DNA of 64,000 nucleotides from Octopus vulgaris. Lineage: Eukaryota. Below, in pieces: positions 29,090-42,192 of the stretch; within the stretch, counting starts at the first letter, position 1; each line of letters begins with the position of its first letter. Under the pieces are notes generated by a model. It searched no databases and was not told the origin of the DNA. It was given only the letters and a program-made list of their open reading frames with translations. Position numbers and translations under genes: made by a program. Location: the NCBI GenBank assembly GCA_951406725.2, contig OX597821.1:35898001-35962000 (forward strand), read 5' to 3'.

Positions 29090-29651
29090 CATTATTATTA
29101 TTATTATTATCATTATTATTATTATTATTATTATTGTGTGAAAGAGCAGTGTATGCCATGAAAGTGACACCGGGGTAAAATATTCGAAGCCCAGTATACG
29201 CATCATGACTACCCGTCTGATAAGGATACACTAAGCACATGACCTTGCCGGTGGGGCCAAGTTGCAATTTTCTTCTTGTCTAGTAACCCATCCCCTCTCA
29301 AAAGTTCCCTGAATAAGAGTTGTTTAAGGATGTTAAACGAACCTCACATGTATCCAGAGGTGAATTATTCAAACCCCAAAGAATCCCTCTCAACACATGG
29401 CTATGATGTTCCCCTACTACTTGTGCTCGTGATCAGAGATGCACATACCGTCAGTCACTAAGGAACATGCTCAACTGGTTAAGGTGAAACAACTGACAGG
29501 AAAATCTGTGGTATTGAGCAGAATATTTGCAATAGCCCATCTTTTAGACCAAGACAAAACAATGTACATGATAACATTTCCAATCAGTTAAGATCAGAAG
29601 CCACGAGAGCCAGTCTGGTACTGCATCAGGGCATCATCATCATCATCATCA

Positions 29652-29685
<34 letters not shown>

Positions 29686-29702
29686 CATTATTATTATTAT
29701 TA

Positions 29703-29759
<57 letters not shown>

Positions 29760-29762
<3 letters not shown>

Positions 29763-31535
29763 GTTTGACTTTTGCTTTATATTTGTACAAGTTGGCTCCA
29801 AGTCTCATCCGGAGACCTCAAGAGACAACAGGTTAGAAGTTCACGTTGTTGTTATGCCTAGTGTGCCATATATTTGGGGGTTTTTTGGTGTTGTACTAGT
29901 GAATGTCTAATAAAAAATAATTGTTTGTTTTAAACCTTGAGATTACATAGAAAGTATTTTGCGTAGGATATGAGCAGTTCCCATGAGCACTATCTTTTGA
30001 ATTTCTGCAATTTTGGGGTTTCCTGGTATCTGAGTTAGGTAGCAATCAGCCCCTTTCGCTATCATTCCCAGGGCACCTGTGACAACAGGTATTGTTTTAG
30101 TCTTCAGGTTCCACATTTTGCTGATTTCGATTTCAAGATCTTTATATTTGCTCAGTTTTTGATAGGTCTTGACAGATACGTTTATATCGATTGGGACAGT
30201 CATATCAATGAGGAGGCATGTTCTTTGTCTGAAGTCTTTCAATATGATGTCTGGCCTATTTGCATCTATCTTTCTGCCAGTTTGTATGGTGAAGTTCCAG
30301 AGGAGTGAGATGTGGTCATTTTCAAGCACTTGAGGTGGTTTGTGTTCCCACCAGTTTTTTTCATGGGGCAAATCCAGGTTTTTTGCAATTTACCCAGTGA
30401 ATATATTGTGCAGCTCTATCATGCCTGTTGAGATACTCTGTAGGCGCTAGAAGATTGCACTTGGAGACAACATGATCAATGGTTTCATTTTGTTGTTGAC
30501 ATACACGACATGTTGGGCTACTGCCGTTCTTTAATATGTTGGCCTGGTAGTTTCTTGTTGGTAGGCATTGATCTTGAGCTACTATGATAAACCCCTCTGT
30601 TTCAGATTTTAAGCCAGAGGCCATTAGCCATTGATGGGTCAGGGCTTTGTCAACATCTGCATTATTCGGTCTCTTTGGTTATTTGCGATAGAGAGGTTTT
30701 TCTTGCCATTTATCATTCAGAATATCTAAGGCAGCGGTTTTAGCACGGGTTTTCATGCGCTTAGCTTTTTCTGTGCTTGTTTCTTGTATGTCTATCTCTA
30801 ATTCCGAAATGTGTTGTATTCGGAATTCACTTAGATATTCCTTTGCCTGTTTTGTTACTGAGTATGATGCTTTCTTGTTTTCATGTTTTGAGACAAGTTT
30901 TAACATCCAGTCCTCAGAGTTTTTCAGGTAGGTGTCTAGGCCAATTGTAGCAATCTTCATTGTTATTGCCAGTTGTAAAAGTCCACGGGCTCCCTCTTTT
31001 CTTGGCAGATAAAGTCGTTCTGTATCTGCCTTAGGGTGGTGCATTCTATGCATTGTTAATAGTTTTCGTATTTTTTCTGTCAAGATAACACATTTCAGTA
31101 ATTGACCAGTTAACGATATTGAAACTGTAAGTCACGACTGGTATGGCTAATGCATTGATCGCTTCAATCCTGTTTCTCGCATTCAGCTCTGTCTTGAGGA
31201 TTGCTCTTACTCTGCGATAACATTCTCTCCTGATCCTTTCCTTGATCTCTTATTCCGTCCCCTTCAATTACCCCTAGGTACTTGTAGCTCTCCGCTGGTT
31301 CTAATTCTTTTATGACATTCTGCTGGTCATGGTTAACGTTAGATGGTTCTGTCAATTTTCCTTTGATAAAGGTAGCTTTTGCACATTTATCGAGGCCAAA
31401 TTGCATTCTGATGTCGTTACTGAATTTTTTGACAATCGCTAGTAAGCCCTTGAGTTGTTGGTCATTTTTTGCAAAGAGCTTTAAATCATCCATGTAAATG
31501 ATATGATTTATATTTTTATTAAACATTTTATATCC

Positions 31536-31538
<3 letters not shown>
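29760..31538 (-). mobile_element. 5'-truncated R4/Dong-like LINE between (ATT)n tracts
   Basis: YMDDLKLF, FGLDKCA, RLYLPRKEGARG, CRVC..ETIDHVV..C zinc knuckle, RHD, ANRPDI, KYKDL. (ATT)n at both ends. Confidence 0.88.
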
Positions 31539-31576
<38 letters not shown>

Positions 31577-32189
31577 GCTTTGATATTTGGTTGTTAATTA
31601 TGCTTGGAGACATTCAACCGTTTTTTGGGTTTGATCTGCTCACATGTTTGTTTGGTAGTGCTCCGAATGACTCTACAACTCCTGGAATGTTCATTATCAT
31701 TATTTTGTTATATAGGTTTGTGAAAGAATTTTTTTGTATCCGTTTGCCCGAGTGTTTTTTTTTTTCGGTGTTATCATTGGGGGGTTTAATGAGGGCTTTG
31801 AATATTATGTCTAGCAAGCAGGCCCTTTCGAATGGCCTTATGATATTAATTTTATTTATATGGCTATATAAGGTTAATTTACATCTGTTACTATCAATTA
31901 TTTGTGTTGCCCTCGATAATAATAACAATATTAATATGTATATAAATATTCGCTCCAGAATATTTGCTCCGTATTGATACTTTATACACTGAGACTGCTG
32001 TGATTTGGCGCAAGACAATTCAAAGGGCGAGCAGATTTAGTAGTAGAAGTAGTAGTTTGGGAAGATTTTTCCGTATGGTCGACCCGTGGTGATGAATGTA
32101 AGATTTATGTTAAACTACAAATCAATCCACCTGTATACTAATATCAAGGAAGAAATAGCATTCTGCTTTATAGGTATGTGAAGGAATGC

Positions 32190-32960
32190 ATGCAGCGGCG
32201 TTCCCTAGGGGTCAGTGCTGGGGTCAATACTATTCCTTCTATATATCAACGACCTGTCAGATTTTCTTGATGGAAGAGTTCTCCTATTTGCAGACGACGT
32301 CAAACTTGTCTCACCTAGGAATCAATACGACATACTCCAATTGTTGCTGAACCGAGCTTAGAATTGAGCGGAAGAAGGGAAACTGAACTTGAACGCCTCA
32401 AAATGCAGCCATTTGCCAATAAGTTCACCTCCAAACTCTCCTTTGACTATTGACCACAAACATCAACATCTTAAGATGGTCCCTGAAGAAAAGGATCTCA
32501 GAATAGTGATCGATACTACTTTCAAACTACCACGGCAAGGCATCGAGGCGGCGAACAAAGCCAGAAGGAATCTTTTCATCATCCACCGATCCTTTGCTAA
32601 CCTTTCAATGGACGTCTTTTGGCCTGTATATATCACTCTAGTTCGACCCATCCTCGAATATTACATCCATACCTCAAACCCATATCTCCAAAAAGACATT
32701 TAGCACCTGGAATGGGTTCAGCACTTGGCCACCCGAATGGGTGCAGGCTTGTCTAAGCGTGCGTAAGAGGAACATCTCCGACGGCTGGCATTGCCTTCAC
32801 TCAAACGACGGAGGATGCAGGGAGATCTCATCCGACTTTCAGCATCTTCAACGGACATGTAAGCCTACCATTTGCGGAGATTTTCACCCCTGCGCCGGAT
32901 AGAGGTCTTCGTGGGCATGATCGCAAACTCTATCCCCGACACTTTGTTTCAACAGGCGCA
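32190..32960 (+). mobile_element. CR1/L2-like LINE 3' fragment (left arm only)
   Basis: GSVLG..LFLLYINDL, LFADDVKL, LVRPILEY, RRR.QGDLI. Confidence 0.75.
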
Positions 32961-32999
32961 AGGTCGCATTTTCTGTCCGTATCGCAGCCCCGTGCATAA

Positions 33000-34095
33000 T
33001 CCAAGCGAATTCTTTGATCCTAAAACTCAAGTGCAAAGACACAACTTAAATAATATCATGGAAGTTGATATACTTGCGACTATTAATGATTTAGGCCCAA
33101 ACTCAACATCTGTACCAAATAGTATTTCAGTTATATTGCTAAAAACGTGCAAAAGCCACCTCATAAAATCATTAAAGGTACTGTTTTAAAAGTCGCCAGA
33201 TACCGCCATATTCCCGAGACTATTGAAAGAAGCTATAATAAAACCTATATAGGAACAAAGGAGGTAGCAGTACTGAAGCTAAAAATTACAGACCTGTTTC
33301 CCTCACGTCTTACACGACTAAAATTATCCAATGCCTTGTCCAAAGACAAAAAGTAATAACATACCTGGAGGAAAACAACTTAGATGAGGCTCGGTATAGG
33401 TTTCGGACTGAATGACGTTGCCTGTCTCAATTCTTACAGCATCATAACACTACCTCTAATAATCTCTTAAGTGGAAAGATCCTTGACTGTTAAAACCTTG
33501 ATATTGTTAAGGCGTTTGACAAGACTGATCATAGAATCATCCGTCATAATTTAGGAAATCTTGGTATCATAGGAAAAGTCGGAGAATGGTTCTTTAACTC
33601 TCTATATGGTTGGGGTCAACCTATTACTGCAAATGGTTTTCTCTCTAAGTTACCTGTAATACGTCGTATACATCAGGGAATGAATTACACAAGAATATCG
33701 ATGGCTAGGATCTAAACCAGAAAAAATACGAAAATTAGTACATCAAAGTAACAGCTTCCTCATTACAAACGAATTCAACCAAATCGCAATATTTGACACA
33801 GGGTAACATAATGATTCAGAGCACTAATGACATACAGTACTTAGGTGTAATCATGTCATATGATGCATTTTCCATCAGCCATATTATCAAACTAACCTTT
33901 AAATGCAGCAAACTCATAGGCTGCATCCTACGAACATTCATGAAAAGGGAACCGGTAGTTAGTTTTATTTTTAGGAAAAACCCTAGTTCTGAGCAGTATA
34001 AATTACTGCTTAAATTTTAATATTCTTACTCATCCGGTCTCATAGAAGAAATTGAAAGGTTACAAGGAATGTTCACTGGTAAAATACCTTCAGTT
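33000..34095 (+). mobile_element. Highly decayed LINE RT remnant
   Basis: NYRPVSLTS, KAFDK.DH and YLGVIM motifs. Confidence 0.55.
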
Positions 34096-34098
34096 AAA

Positions 34099-34352
34099 TT
34101 TTCTAACTTTCGAGAGATGTATTCGAAAAGTTTCTGGAAATTTCCGAGGATTTTCTAACTTCCGGGAAATTTGGTCGAAAACTTCCTGGAAAGTTCCGAT
34201 GATTTTCTAACTTCCGGGATATTTGGTCGAGAATTTCCTGGAAAGTTCCGAGGATTTCTAACTTCTGGGATATTTGGTCGAAAACTTCATGGAAAGTTCC
34301 GAGGATTTTCTAACATCTGGGATATTTGGTCGAAAACTTCCTGGAAAGTTTA
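34099..34352 (+). repeat. ~52-bp tandem repeat (~5 copies)
   Basis: TTTTCTAACTTCCGGGA..TTTGGTCGAAAACTTCCTGGAAAGTTCCGAGGA at 34151, 34203, ~34255 and ~34306. Confidence 0.85.
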
Positions 34353-35077
34353 GTGTTAAAATATGCACCAGTATATCTATGATGAGAACGTCTTATATGT
34401 TGTTGATGACCATTTTGATCAACAGAAAAGCTTCTTCACCAGTGCGACGCAAGCACTGCAACAACTAATGGAAGTGTGTGGACAGTAAGAGGAACTATGT
34501 CAGAAAATGAACTTCATTTGGTGACATTCCATTGAGAGTGTCTTGCTCAGATTATGAACTTTTCAGCCGACCCACATAATAATAAAAATCATTATACCTG
34601 CATTTGTTTTAATGTTAACATTGGAAAAATCCACATTTTTCATTAAAAAAATTAGGACCTGGGTTTGCACCCGCTTAGCAAATTTTTTTGCTGGGCCACT
34701 GATTCTAACTTTTCAAATAAACCGCGCAGACGCAATTTATTTCCGGCAACAGAGAGGATGCCGGTAAAACCTCGAATAAATTTATCAAAAATCATTTAAA
34801 CATAATAAGTAATATTCGGATAACAAGGATTATAGAAATGTTTATACCAGTGGCCTAGCGCAAAAAATTAGTCAATAGACCATATATTATTCATATACAA
34901 ATATCATGTACATTAGAATACGTTAAGAGGCTTCCATCATAGGAATTTGTCCCTAATTAGTTCTTTGAGTTGTTTACTGCTCTTTCTAGTGCAAGGCTTT
35001 CCTATGATGGAAGCCTCTTAATGTGTTTTAATGTAGAAGATATTTTTATATGGATAATATATATATATATATAAATA

Positions 35078-35382
35078 AATCGAAACAGTTTGATTTAAAC
35101 TCCCTGGTTCTCTGAGTTTCAAGCATGTAGCTACTCTTCAGCCATTGAGTATGATTCAAAGTTCGCTTGAAGGGACTTAATGTTTACTAGTGGACGAATC
35201 GTCGCTGAAATACCAGCAAAAAACTTCTACACTGCGTGATCTTTCTCGACGAATTGTAGGCTGACTTCCAGCAGTAAACATTGACTGTTTTCAATCGAAC
35301 TCTCATTTAGAGTGAATGGTCGAAAACTAGCTACACGCTTGAAACTCAGAAGAACAAGCGTTTGAATTAAACTGTTTCGATC
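35078..35382. repeat. ~300-bp imperfect palindrome (MITE-like), paralog at ~52210-52495
   Basis: CGAAACAGTTT..CTGAGTTTCAAGCATGTAGCTA / TAGCTACACGCTTGAAACTCAG..AAACTGTTTCG. Confidence 0.7.
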
Positions 35383-35437
35383 CTTATATGTAGCTCCCAG
35401 TAATTGTCTCGATTACGCTTCTTTCGTTTGTCTACTA

Positions 35438-35501
<64 letters not shown>

Positions 35502-35551
35502 GTATGTATGTATATATATATACATATATATATTTATGTATATATATATAC

Positions 35552-35584
<33 letters not shown>

Positions 35585-35672
35585 TTTATGTATATATATA
35601 TACATATATATATATGTATATATATATATACATATATATATGTATATATATATATACATATATATATGTATA

Positions 35673-35791
<119 letters not shown>

Positions 35792-36431
35792 GTGTTTCTG
35801 TACCGGTAGTACCGGTAGGGTGTGTATTAAGGCTATACTTAATACATAAATCCACTATGTATTTAATTATGTACGGGTAAAAGTTAAAAATTATATTAAA
35901 AATAAGAATTACAAATATATTTTAAAATATTAAATACTTAATGTACATTAAAAATATATATTGAAAATGCTCTACCTAAGGAAATTTTAACGATTAAATT
36001 AGAAACATGTAAAATCTTATAATATATCTAAATAAATATTATAGAGATTATATTATTTGTAATAATTTAGTGTAAATATACCCCTCAATACTAGTATAAT
36101 AAAACATATTTTATGTCAGATGTTAGTTAATAGTCTAGAATAAAGACGAATTAATACATAAAACTACTTACGTTAGAAAATTAGTGAATATTCACTAATT
36201 TCAGCTTTATAAATTGCATAGTTGCTTACACATGTTTTTCCTTTATTTCCAGTTGGTTTGTGCGAATTTACTTTACTAAAATATCTTTATATGTTTCCGA
36301 AGTATTTTATACAACTTATTTATATAATACGTAGCTGGTGTTTGAGTGACGTTTATCCTTTAAAAATATATGTGCTTGTCTGTAATACTCCTTCATGCCC
36401 TGATTTGTGTGTTTTGTTTTTTATTTTGCAG

Positions 36432-36892
36432 AACTACAGGCCATTCATTTTGGACACCCTTGTGACATCATCAATCCACTATTTCAACGATGTTGCGGAA
36501 CTTATGTTGTTTCGTACCCTCGCATTTGTTGTGGAACAACAGGTGCTAATCTTTTCACACAACTATGCTGCAACAATGTAGCAGTAACAAAAAGTGCAAC
36601 AGCGACTACTTGTTGTGGAGGTTCAGCTATAAATGGTAACACTCAATTATGCTGCAACGGCAATGCTGTAACTAAAAGTGGAACAGCGCCTACGTGTTGT
36701 GGAGATATAGCTATAGATGGTAACACTCAATTATGCTGCAACGGCGTTGCTATACCGAAAAGTGGAAATCAAATTTGCTGTGGAGGATCTGTTAAGGACC
36801 TCTATAATGACGGATGTTGTGGTGGACGTAAATTCATGTATTGGGGAAAATTTTGTTGTCAATGGTTTACCTTCTGGCGATGTCGAGTTTAA
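36432..36892 (+). CDS. Galaxin-like gene A, coding exon 2 (dicysteine-repeat secreted protein, spliced product 168 aa, 22 Cys)
   Basis: Polypyrimidine tract and TTTTGCAG acceptor ending 36431. Open frame ELQAIHFGHPC...CC..CC repeats (three ~28-aa units)...FWRCRV*. Regularly spaced CC pairs match galaxin-type repeats. Confidence 0.9.
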
Positions 36893-37177
36893 TCATAAGT
36901 ACACATTAGCTCCTCCTGATTCTCGAACGGCTCAATAATTTTATACGACAATGTGATCGATCTTGTCTCAACATTTAAATCACATATATTTACATGTATT
37001 ATATACATTTATCAGTTTTACCATGTTATAAATGATGCTATTATTAATGTATATTTTAAAACGATGCACAGCAATTAGTTTTCTTCATGTAAAGTTTCTT
37101 TTAACTCCGTTTCACATTAATAGTTTTTGGGGGGGTTTTTTGCTTTATCTTTGGAAGTATCATCCTACAGAAATTTA

Positions 37178-37183
37178 AATAAA
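37178..37183 (+). terminator. Candidate polyadenylation signal, gene A
   Basis: AATAAA about 290 nt after the stop, conserved in gene B, followed by T-rich sequence. Confidence 0.45.
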
Positions 37184-37519
37184 CGAATACCATCGGTGAA
37201 ATAGGATTTTGCGTGCATTTTTCTAATTTTTCCTTTTGACAAAGGCAAATTCAGTAAAGTCGCTAATATGTTATAAGTATTTCAATAAAAACAATTCGAC
37301 ATGTCTCTTAAACAATGTTGTTTTACTTTCCTAAATGCTACACTAATTTTCCATTTAAAAATTTTTGCATGGAACGTAATTTGTATATGTGTATATGATT
37401 TGTGTGCGATTGAGTAAAAAAGAGAGAGAAAGAGAGAGAGAGAGAGAGAAAAAGAGAATGAGCGAGAGATAGAAAGAGAGAAAGTGAGAGAGAGAACGAG
37501 AGAAAGAGATAGTGTGACA

Positions 37520-37960
37520 TGTAGTAAGTACCTCTGAGCTGTATCCAAGAGTGATGAGAGACGGGATCCCGACCTGGATACTAGAATTACAGGTGCTGGC
37601 ACTGCATACGATCCTCATTGAAGAAGAGGTTTCTACAAAACCAAACACGATAACTTCAATTCGATTTTGTGCCTATTGGCAATTAAGCTTAGAAATGTTG
37701 AGTACTGAAAGTGTACAATCAAGCACACCTGCGTTTCAAAAGGTCTTCTTCACAAGGATCCTAAGAATAACCTACTCGTCAGGGTGTGTAACACGGAGAT
37801 CAAGGAAACTTGTCTTCAATAAGCCGCTATTTCACAGCACTGAGAGATCAGAGCTCCAGTACAGCGGATTTGTGATGAGGATGGTGTGAGAACAAATCGT
37901 TAAACCGATACTTCAATCGAGCAGGAAATCAAGGAGTTGCTTAAGAGCCAGATGGTTTAA
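37520..37960 (+). mobile_element. RTE-like LINE remnant (paralog at ~49460-49890, minus)
   Basis: AFQKVFFTRILRITY and RSELQYSGFVMR motifs. Confidence 0.5.
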
Positions 37961-38319
37961 TAATAACAATATTGGTGAGTTACAGAAGTTTTGACACTTT
38001 CTTCGAAGAAACAGATATAACTGTCCTAGATTATCGTATATCATTACTAAAATAAGCTGACATGCCACCGTTTGTTACAAAATATAAAAGTGATTGTAAC
38101 GGTATTTGGGACACATTCCACTAAACACTGCTTTTCACAAGTGATCATTGTGAAGAATTCACTTTGGACGTGAGGTCAACTTACAAGCTCTCCAGTAAAT
38201 GAACTTGTGTGTTGAATTGGGGGAAAAAAGCCGTAGAGAAATATGAAATTTTATGAATTAACTGGTATGTGCCGAACATCTGTTTTTTGCTAGCAGAAGT
38301 GGCTAGGTAAAGTAAGTCT

Positions 38320-38735
38320 AATGAGGTTCATGATAATCCGCTTTTCCGACTGTAACGGTGCCATCTACATCCACTGGGTTTCTTCTGGTCAGACAATCAA
38401 CAAAATTTACTTTGAGAAAGTTTTGAAGGAGTTCCGAGAGAGATTTTCTCGGAAGAGGCTTGAGTATTTACATCAGGACAATGCACCAATTCATAATTCT
38501 ATCCTGGTTACCAACTACTTGAAAGAAATGGACATGAAAACTATTCCTCATACATCCTGCAGTACAGAACATGCTCTTCGAAACCTTTGAATGTTCCCCG
38601 AACTGAAACCGACATTGGAGGCTTTGGAAAGTGTTCTGGGCACTTTCATATTAGAAGAGTTTTATTACAAGATTTTAATTTTGCTGGAGCACTACAATAA
38701 GTGTCTAGAAAGCAGAGGATCCTACTTGAATGATT
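38320..38735 (+). mobile_element. Decayed mariner transposase fragment (paralog at ~48680-49080, minus)
   Basis: GQTINK.YF..VLK and LHQDNAPIH.S motifs. Confidence 0.7.
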
Positions 38736-39009
38736 AACTCTTTTTCTTTGAAATTACTAGATTCTCTTTAGATAAAGTCTCAAGATACCATGAATAAATC
38801 TTCATGTTCTCAGTTTGTCACGTGTAGTAATCCTGCTAGGTGCTTTTGATATATGGAGAAGGTGCCTAAGCACTTTAAAGTACAACCCACTATGTAGTGG
38901 TAGCCGAAAATAACCTGGTAGAGGAGGGTAATAAACATCAAGCGTGTATACAGCTTGTATAGATGACCAGGTGCAGTTAATATATGATAATGAAAGTTTA
39001 AAATGTTTG

Positions 39010-39203
39010 AGTGGTTGTGTGTAAGTAGCTTGCTTACTAACCACATGGTTCCGTGTTCAGTTCAACTGCGTGACACCTTGGGCGTGTGTCTTCTACTATA
39101 GCCTCGGGCCGACCAAATCCTTGTGAGTGGATTTGGTAGACCGAAACTGAAAAAAGCCCGTTGTATATATGCATATATATATATATATATATGTGTGTGT
39201 GTT

Positions 39204-39247
<44 letters not shown>

Positions 39248-39450
39248 TCTGTGTTTGTCCCCCAACATCACTTGACAACCGATGGTAGTGTGTTTACGTC
39301 CCGGTAACTTAGCGATTCGGCAATTGAGACCGATAGAATAAGTACTATGCTTCTAAAGAATAAGTCCTGGGGTCGATTTCTCCAACTAAAGGTGGTGCTC
39401 CAGCATGGCCGCCGTCAAATGACTGAAACAAGTAAAAGGTAAAAGAGAAA
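39010..39450 (+). mobile_element. CORE-like tRNA-derived SINE (other copies ~44740-44900 +, ~47610-47985 -)
   Basis: TGTGTAAGTAGCTTGC..GTTCAG head, ACCTTGGGC core, GTGGATTTGGTAGAC and an internal microsatellite. Confidence 0.8.
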
Positions 39451-40307
39451 TATGGAAAAGATGGAAAAGTTAAATACAAACTGCATATATTTCAAAGATA
39501 AAATGTATGTCTTACATAACATGTAACACATACAAAAGCAGTTTAGCTAACCCTCTGGTTCAATTTACTTTGGTTGTTTGCATCGTCGTAAGGAGATAAA
39601 TGAGTGATTAACTAATTTGGCCACTTCAAACTGGCAGAGCGAAAAAGCTAAGTCAAATTACCAATACGATTAGTTGTCAGTAGGCAAACAGGAGTCTAGT
39701 TTATAGATGTGAATTAACAGAGCAAGAACGAAATTAGGTATAGGTGAAAGGGAGCGAACAGGAAAATATATATCAAGGCAAGAAAGGTTTCTTTGAAGCA
39801 AACCAACAAAGCCACAGTCTTGGTATCGGAGAAATAGTTAGAGTATACAGAACAAAATAAAAAAATAAAATATTCGTAATTAGGCATGAAGCTAAGACTA
39901 GAGATGCACGGTAACTTCCAGAAAAAAGGAAGTTGATATTACCATGAATAGATCTGTTGCGTAAGATATATATATATATATATAAACAAATGAAAAATCA
40001 CTAGAATACAAAACATAGATCAAAGAAACAGAAACACCACTATGTTGAATATAATGTATAAAAATTTTCCTTCAATATATATATATATATATATTCAATA
40101 TATATATATTCTTCATTGAAAAGTACAAACCCAGACTCAACTATCTGAACTCAATAATACAGAGAAATTCACACTAAAGGAAAAAAAATTTTTTCTAAGC
40201 GATTATCTCCCTTACACCGGAAGAAATCACTCACTACTTTCCCTTATTTAGAACTCTCCGTAGCAAAAATACAAGGATTACGTTATTAAAAATAAACATT
40301 AAGTCAC

Positions 40308-40346
40308 AAGAAATTTGAAGAGCTAACTGCGAAACCGGTATTTCTT
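40308..40346 (+). ncRNA. Degenerate minimal hammerhead motif
   Basis: AAGAAAT TTGAAGA GC taact GC GAAA CCGG TA TTTCTT. Register is off by one nt at the cleavage site. Confidence 0.4.
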
Positions 40347-40476
40347 TAAAAATTATAAAATTATGTCATTTTAAGGAGAGGAAAAAATTTTTCCAATATT
40401 CTCCAGACATTTTGACGCAAATATATATATTTTTTAACATTTAAGCCTTCTGTCGTTTTTTCAATCTTTACTATTT

Positions 40477-40554
<78 letters not shown>

Positions 40555-40558
<4 letters not shown>

Positions 40559-41522
40559 CAATTTAATAAATAAAACATATGCATACCTACATATATGTAC
40601 ATACCTACATCTATATGTATATATACATGCATATATGAGTACAGGACACCACAAATAAACGTAGAACACAGCGAGAAACGAAAACATAAAATCAAACAAG
40701 GAAACGGACTTTTTTTAACAACGAAAAAAACAGAGTACAAGACAAACAACACAAGAAATATTACCCTTCATCAGCTGCCCCTGTTTCGACTCAATGCGTG
40801 TTTCGAAGGTAAGGGCAGAACACGATCCGGCCGAAACAGTCCTTCCTGCAAAAGGAATTAAATAAAATTCTTTTGCAGAGGGGTAAAAAGTGACAAGAAC
40901 AGGACGTAAAAGCAATACAAATGAAGAAAAACAGTACACATAAAGAATAAAACAGGACAAGGAAACCAACAATAAGGGTTTCATCTGTCTTCCGCAAGCC
41001 GATCTTCAGAATGCGTTCTAACGAATTTTTCCACCGTCTAGGCTTAAAAAAAGCCCTTATTGTTGGTTTCCTTGTCCTGTTTTTATTCTTTATGTGTAAT
41101 GTTTTTTTCTTCATTTGTATTGCTTTTACGTCCTGTTCTTGTCACTTTTTTTACCCCTCTGCAAAAGAATTTTATTTAATTCATTTTGCAGGAAGGACTG
41201 TTTCGGCCGGATCGTGTTCTGCCCTTACCTTCGAAACACGCATTGAGTCGAAACAGGGGCAGCTGATGAAGGGTAATATTTCTTGTATTGTTTGTCTTGT
41301 ACTCTGTTTTTTTCGTTGTTAAAAAAAGTCCGTTTCCTTGTTTGATTAAAAGCCGATCTATCTTCAGAATGCGTTCTAACGAATATTTCGTTTCTCGTTG
41401 TGTTCTACGTTTATTTGTGGTGTCCTGTACTCATATATGCATGTATATATACATATAGATGTAGGTATGTACATATATGTATGTAGGTATGCATATGTTT
41501 TATTTATTAAATTGTTATTATA
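40555..41522. repeat. ~970-bp near-perfect foldback between (TA)n tracts
   Basis: ~40555-40980 is the reverse complement of ~41055-41520 (the ORF track shows the same peptide on opposite strands). Confidence 0.9.
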
Positions 41523-41585
41523 TGATTGAACGCCACGCGTCGTTTTTCTTTTTCTCCAAGTAAGTTTTTATTATATATATATATA

Positions 41586-41711
<126 letters not shown>

Positions 41712-41734
41712 CATATATATATACATATATATAA

Positions 41735-42160
41735 AAGAACAATATATAAAAGAGATATTCTGTCTGTTTGTCTGTTTGTCCTATAAAGTGATGCTAAAAC
41801 CAGACACCCTCTCTCAATGATTTTCTTTCTATGTCTCCTCTATTCTCTCTCCCCTCTATCTTCTCCGTCTGTCTGCCTGTCTGTCTCTCTGCCATGCTAC
41901 TTCAAAGATATTCTATCTCTTGATTTGTTCTGCAAAGTGAAACTAAGACTCTTGCATGCTTCTTCAAAGAGATGCTATCTCTTTGTCCCGCAACGTGAAG
42001 CTAAAACCAGTTACCATCTCTCTATGATTTTCTCTCTTCTCTATCTGCTAATTTCCCTCTCTTTCTTTGTTTCTATCTTTCTTTCTTTCTTTCTTTCTCT
42101 CTCTTTCTGTCTTCCTTTCTCCCTATGTCTCTATCTCTTTCTTTCTCTCCCTCTTCCTCG

Positions 42161-42192
<32 letters not shown>

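Noticed and set aside
36407-36431. ORF-track N-termini of the galaxin-like ORFs (MCFVFYFA; MCLSVILLH... at 51182-51242)
   Set aside because: They translate the intron end and polypyrimidine tract and are not in the same frame in both copies (1-nt indel), whereas the CAG acceptor and upstream signal exon are conserved.
40965-41015. Possible hammerhead CTGAAGA...GAAACCC on the minus strand, and CTGATGAAGGG at ~41263
   Set aside because: No stem I pairing or proper cleavage triplet could be formed.
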